In this document: one piece after another, positions 61,793 through 64,000 of the stretch
Position numbering within the stretch: the first letter of the stretch is position 1
Layout: each line of letters begins with the position of its first letter
Assembly: GCA_020137815.1 (NCBI GenBank)
Contig: CM035356.1
Span: 992,001 to 1,056,000, forward strand
Length of the DNA stretch: 64,000 nucleotides
Source of the DNA: Hormiphora californensis
Taxonomy: Eukaryota > Animalia > Ctenophora
Direction: 5' to 3'
The notes under the pieces: generated by a model
The model's input: the letters and a program-made list of their open reading frames with translations, nothing else
Told to the model about the DNA's origin: nothing
The model's database searches: none
Made by a program: the position numbers and the translations under genes

Positions 61793-64000
61793 TGCAGAGA
61801 GAAGGAGAGAGAACGAGAGAGAAAGGAAGCGACAGAGAGGTCTGTTCAAGAGGAGCCCCTTCAAAGCTGTGAAGGAAATCCTAGAGCCGAGTCCAGTTGG
61901 GGAACTGCGCTGCTCGAAGGACCAGCTAGATCAACATCTCCAGACTACCTACGGAGACCCTGAGCGGGGGAAGGCCCTCGGGGTACTAGCTGGGCTCCCA
62001 GACTTTGCACCTGAACCAGAGGTCGCTTTCAACATGAAGCCTATCTCCTGGAAGGAACACCAGTCGGTGGTGGAGAAGGCTCGCGCTAGAAGTGCACCAG
62101 GTCCCAATGCCATCCCATACTTGGTGTACAAGCGGTGTCCTAAGATTTCCCGGAACTTGTGGAACTTGAACAAGTCTGCTTTTAAGTACCGGAGATATCC
62201 AGAAAACTGTCGCTGGTTTGAAGGAGTGTACATTCCCAAGGGGGAAGGGGATTTCACTCCGGCGACTGGTAGACCGATTTCCTTAGGTAACGTCCAGGGA
62301 AAGATCTACCTAGGGACACTTGCGAGGCGCTTAACAGAGTTTGTCGTAGAGAACGGGTACGTGGATAGGAGGATCCAGAAAGGTGGTGTTCCTGGGGTAA
62401 GTGGATGTGTGGAACACTTCGGGGCTATGTGGGAGACCTTGAAGGACGCAAGGATTATGAGGCGGGACCTGTCGGTGGTCTGGTTGGATTTGGCGAATGC
62501 CTATGGTGCCGTGCCTCACCTCTTGATCGTCAAGGCTCTCCGGTTCTATCGAGTTCCACAGCCGATCGTGGACATAGTCCTGAGTTACTTTTCTGGAGTC
62601 TTCGGTAGGTTCAGTTCAAGGGAGGTAACATCGAACTGGCAACAGTTCGAGGTCGGAATATTCATGGGGTGTGTCATCTCCGTTATTTTGTTTGTACTGT
62701 GTATGAACATGGTATCGGAGTATCTGGCCATCAAGATACCGCGTAGTGTGGCCTACGTGAAAGATGGCACACCGGTCCCTCCTTTGAAGCTGTTCATGGA
62801 TGACAGTTGCCTCGTCACTGCCACACAGAGTGACATGCAAGTTATGTTGTCGGTGTTTGGAGAGTTTGTGGAGTGGGCGAGATTTACTGTTAAGTCATCT
62901 AAGTCTCGGGCCCTGGTGTTGGAGGGAGGTAAGGTGGTAGAGTCGGTGAGTTTGTCGTTTGGGGGTGAGATGATCCCGAACGTTACTGAGAAGCCGATTA
63001 AGTTCCTTGGTCGGTGGATTCGGGCTGATGTAAGGGACACCGTCGCCATCGAGGAAACAGCTCGCCAGCTGAAGTTGTGGATGGGACGGTTGGACGAGAG
63101 TGGATTATCGGGTTTGGAGAAGTGCTGGGGTTACCAGTATCTTGTTCTGCCTAAGATGAAGTGGCCTCTGGCAATCTACGACACCCCGTTGACCACCGTA
63201 GCAGCCTGGGAACAGTCAGTAAACAGTTTCCTGCGAAAGTGGTTGGGTGGAGGTCACACTCTTAGCAGACTTTGTCTGTTCAACTCGGAGTCTTCTGTAC
63301 GGCTCCCGTTGAACAGCCTCCTTGACACCTGGAAAGTGGAGAAGTGTAGACTGCAGCAGACTTACAGTTCTTCACAGGATGAAGTTATCCTAGCGCTTCA
63401 GCCTCTTGTCAGGTCTGGTAGGAAGTGGAAAGCAGGGGAAGAGTTAGAGGAGGCAGTTAGTGATGTTCGGTGTGATGCAGTCCGCGGTATGATTCCTCCA
63501 TACCCTAGGGCAGGGATTGGCTTCGGTGAGTGGCGAAAGCCTTGGGAGAAGCTGTCGGACAGCGAGAGGAGAGGTGTTGTGATTGAGCGAGTTCGAGAGA
63601 GGTTAGACCAGGTGAGGACTGTAGAGACCATGCAGTTAGAGGTTCAGGGGATGTGGTTAGCTTGGAGGGAGGATGTGGTCTCGATGGAGTTTAGCTGGAG
63701 AAGCCTATTCGACATGAAGGAGGGAATGGTTGGCTTCATCCTAAGAGCAGTATATGGAACCCTTGTCGTGCCGTCGCTTGCAAAGAAGTGGAAGGAAGGG
63801 GAAGACGGTCTTTGCAAGCTGTGTGGTGATGCTCCAGGGAGTATTCGCCATATTCTAACCGGCTGTAAGGTGGCTCTGGGTCAGGGGAGATACCGGTGGC
63901 GGCATGACAAGGTCCTGCGGCAGATAGGCGAGCAGGTAAAGTTTCACTGCGAGGTCCGTGCTAACGCTGCATCGAGGTCCACGAGAGGGTCCCGGAGTAT
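61793..64000 (+). mobile_element. Hero-like (RLE-type) non-LTR retrotransposon, 5'-truncated; RT and CCHC finger, continuing past the window end
   Basis: Reading frame absent from the ORF track, consistent with no stop before 64000: KARARSAPGPNAIPYLVYKRCP, RPISLGNVQGKI, QKGGVPGVSGCVEH, VVWLDLANAYGAVPH, GIFMGCVISVILF, LFMDD, KFLGRW, CKLCG...HILTGCKVALGQGRYRWRHDKVL. Confidence 0.92.

Overview
Eukaryotic (invertebrate animal) genomic DNA with short GT-AG introns, abundant (CT/GA)n microsatellites and many short non-autonomous transposons. The style suggests a ctenophore-like compact genome, but the taxon cannot be confirmed from sequence alone. Reconstructed genes: a 6-exon single-TM protein ending in KEDL (+, 5692-7114); the 3' part of a VWC-domain type I membrane protein (-, 8454-10766); a 12-exon four-repeat uncharacterised protein (+, 21180-26516); APC1/ANAPC1 (-, 26979-38521) with an intronic tRNA-Lys(CTT); and a terminal exon of a further minus-strand gene (61622-61735) whose intron holds a 5'-truncated but open Hero-like RLE non-LTR retrotransposon running off the window. 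Two observations stand out. (1) A 17 kb, all-minus-strand, interdigitated array (41.6-59.0 kb) of intronless double-F-box/LRR genes and two-exon C2H2 zinc-finger genes. The cistrons are mostly only ~95-240 bp apart, and each ATG sits just behind a 3' splice acceptor, which looks operon-like; the recognition surfaces (LRRs, finger helices) diverge much faster than the scaffolds. (2) Intronic tandem repeats whose unit is a copy of the adjacent functional splice junction, seen repeatedly in three unrelated genes. All gene models are hand-built from splice signals and reading frames; no database searches were run.
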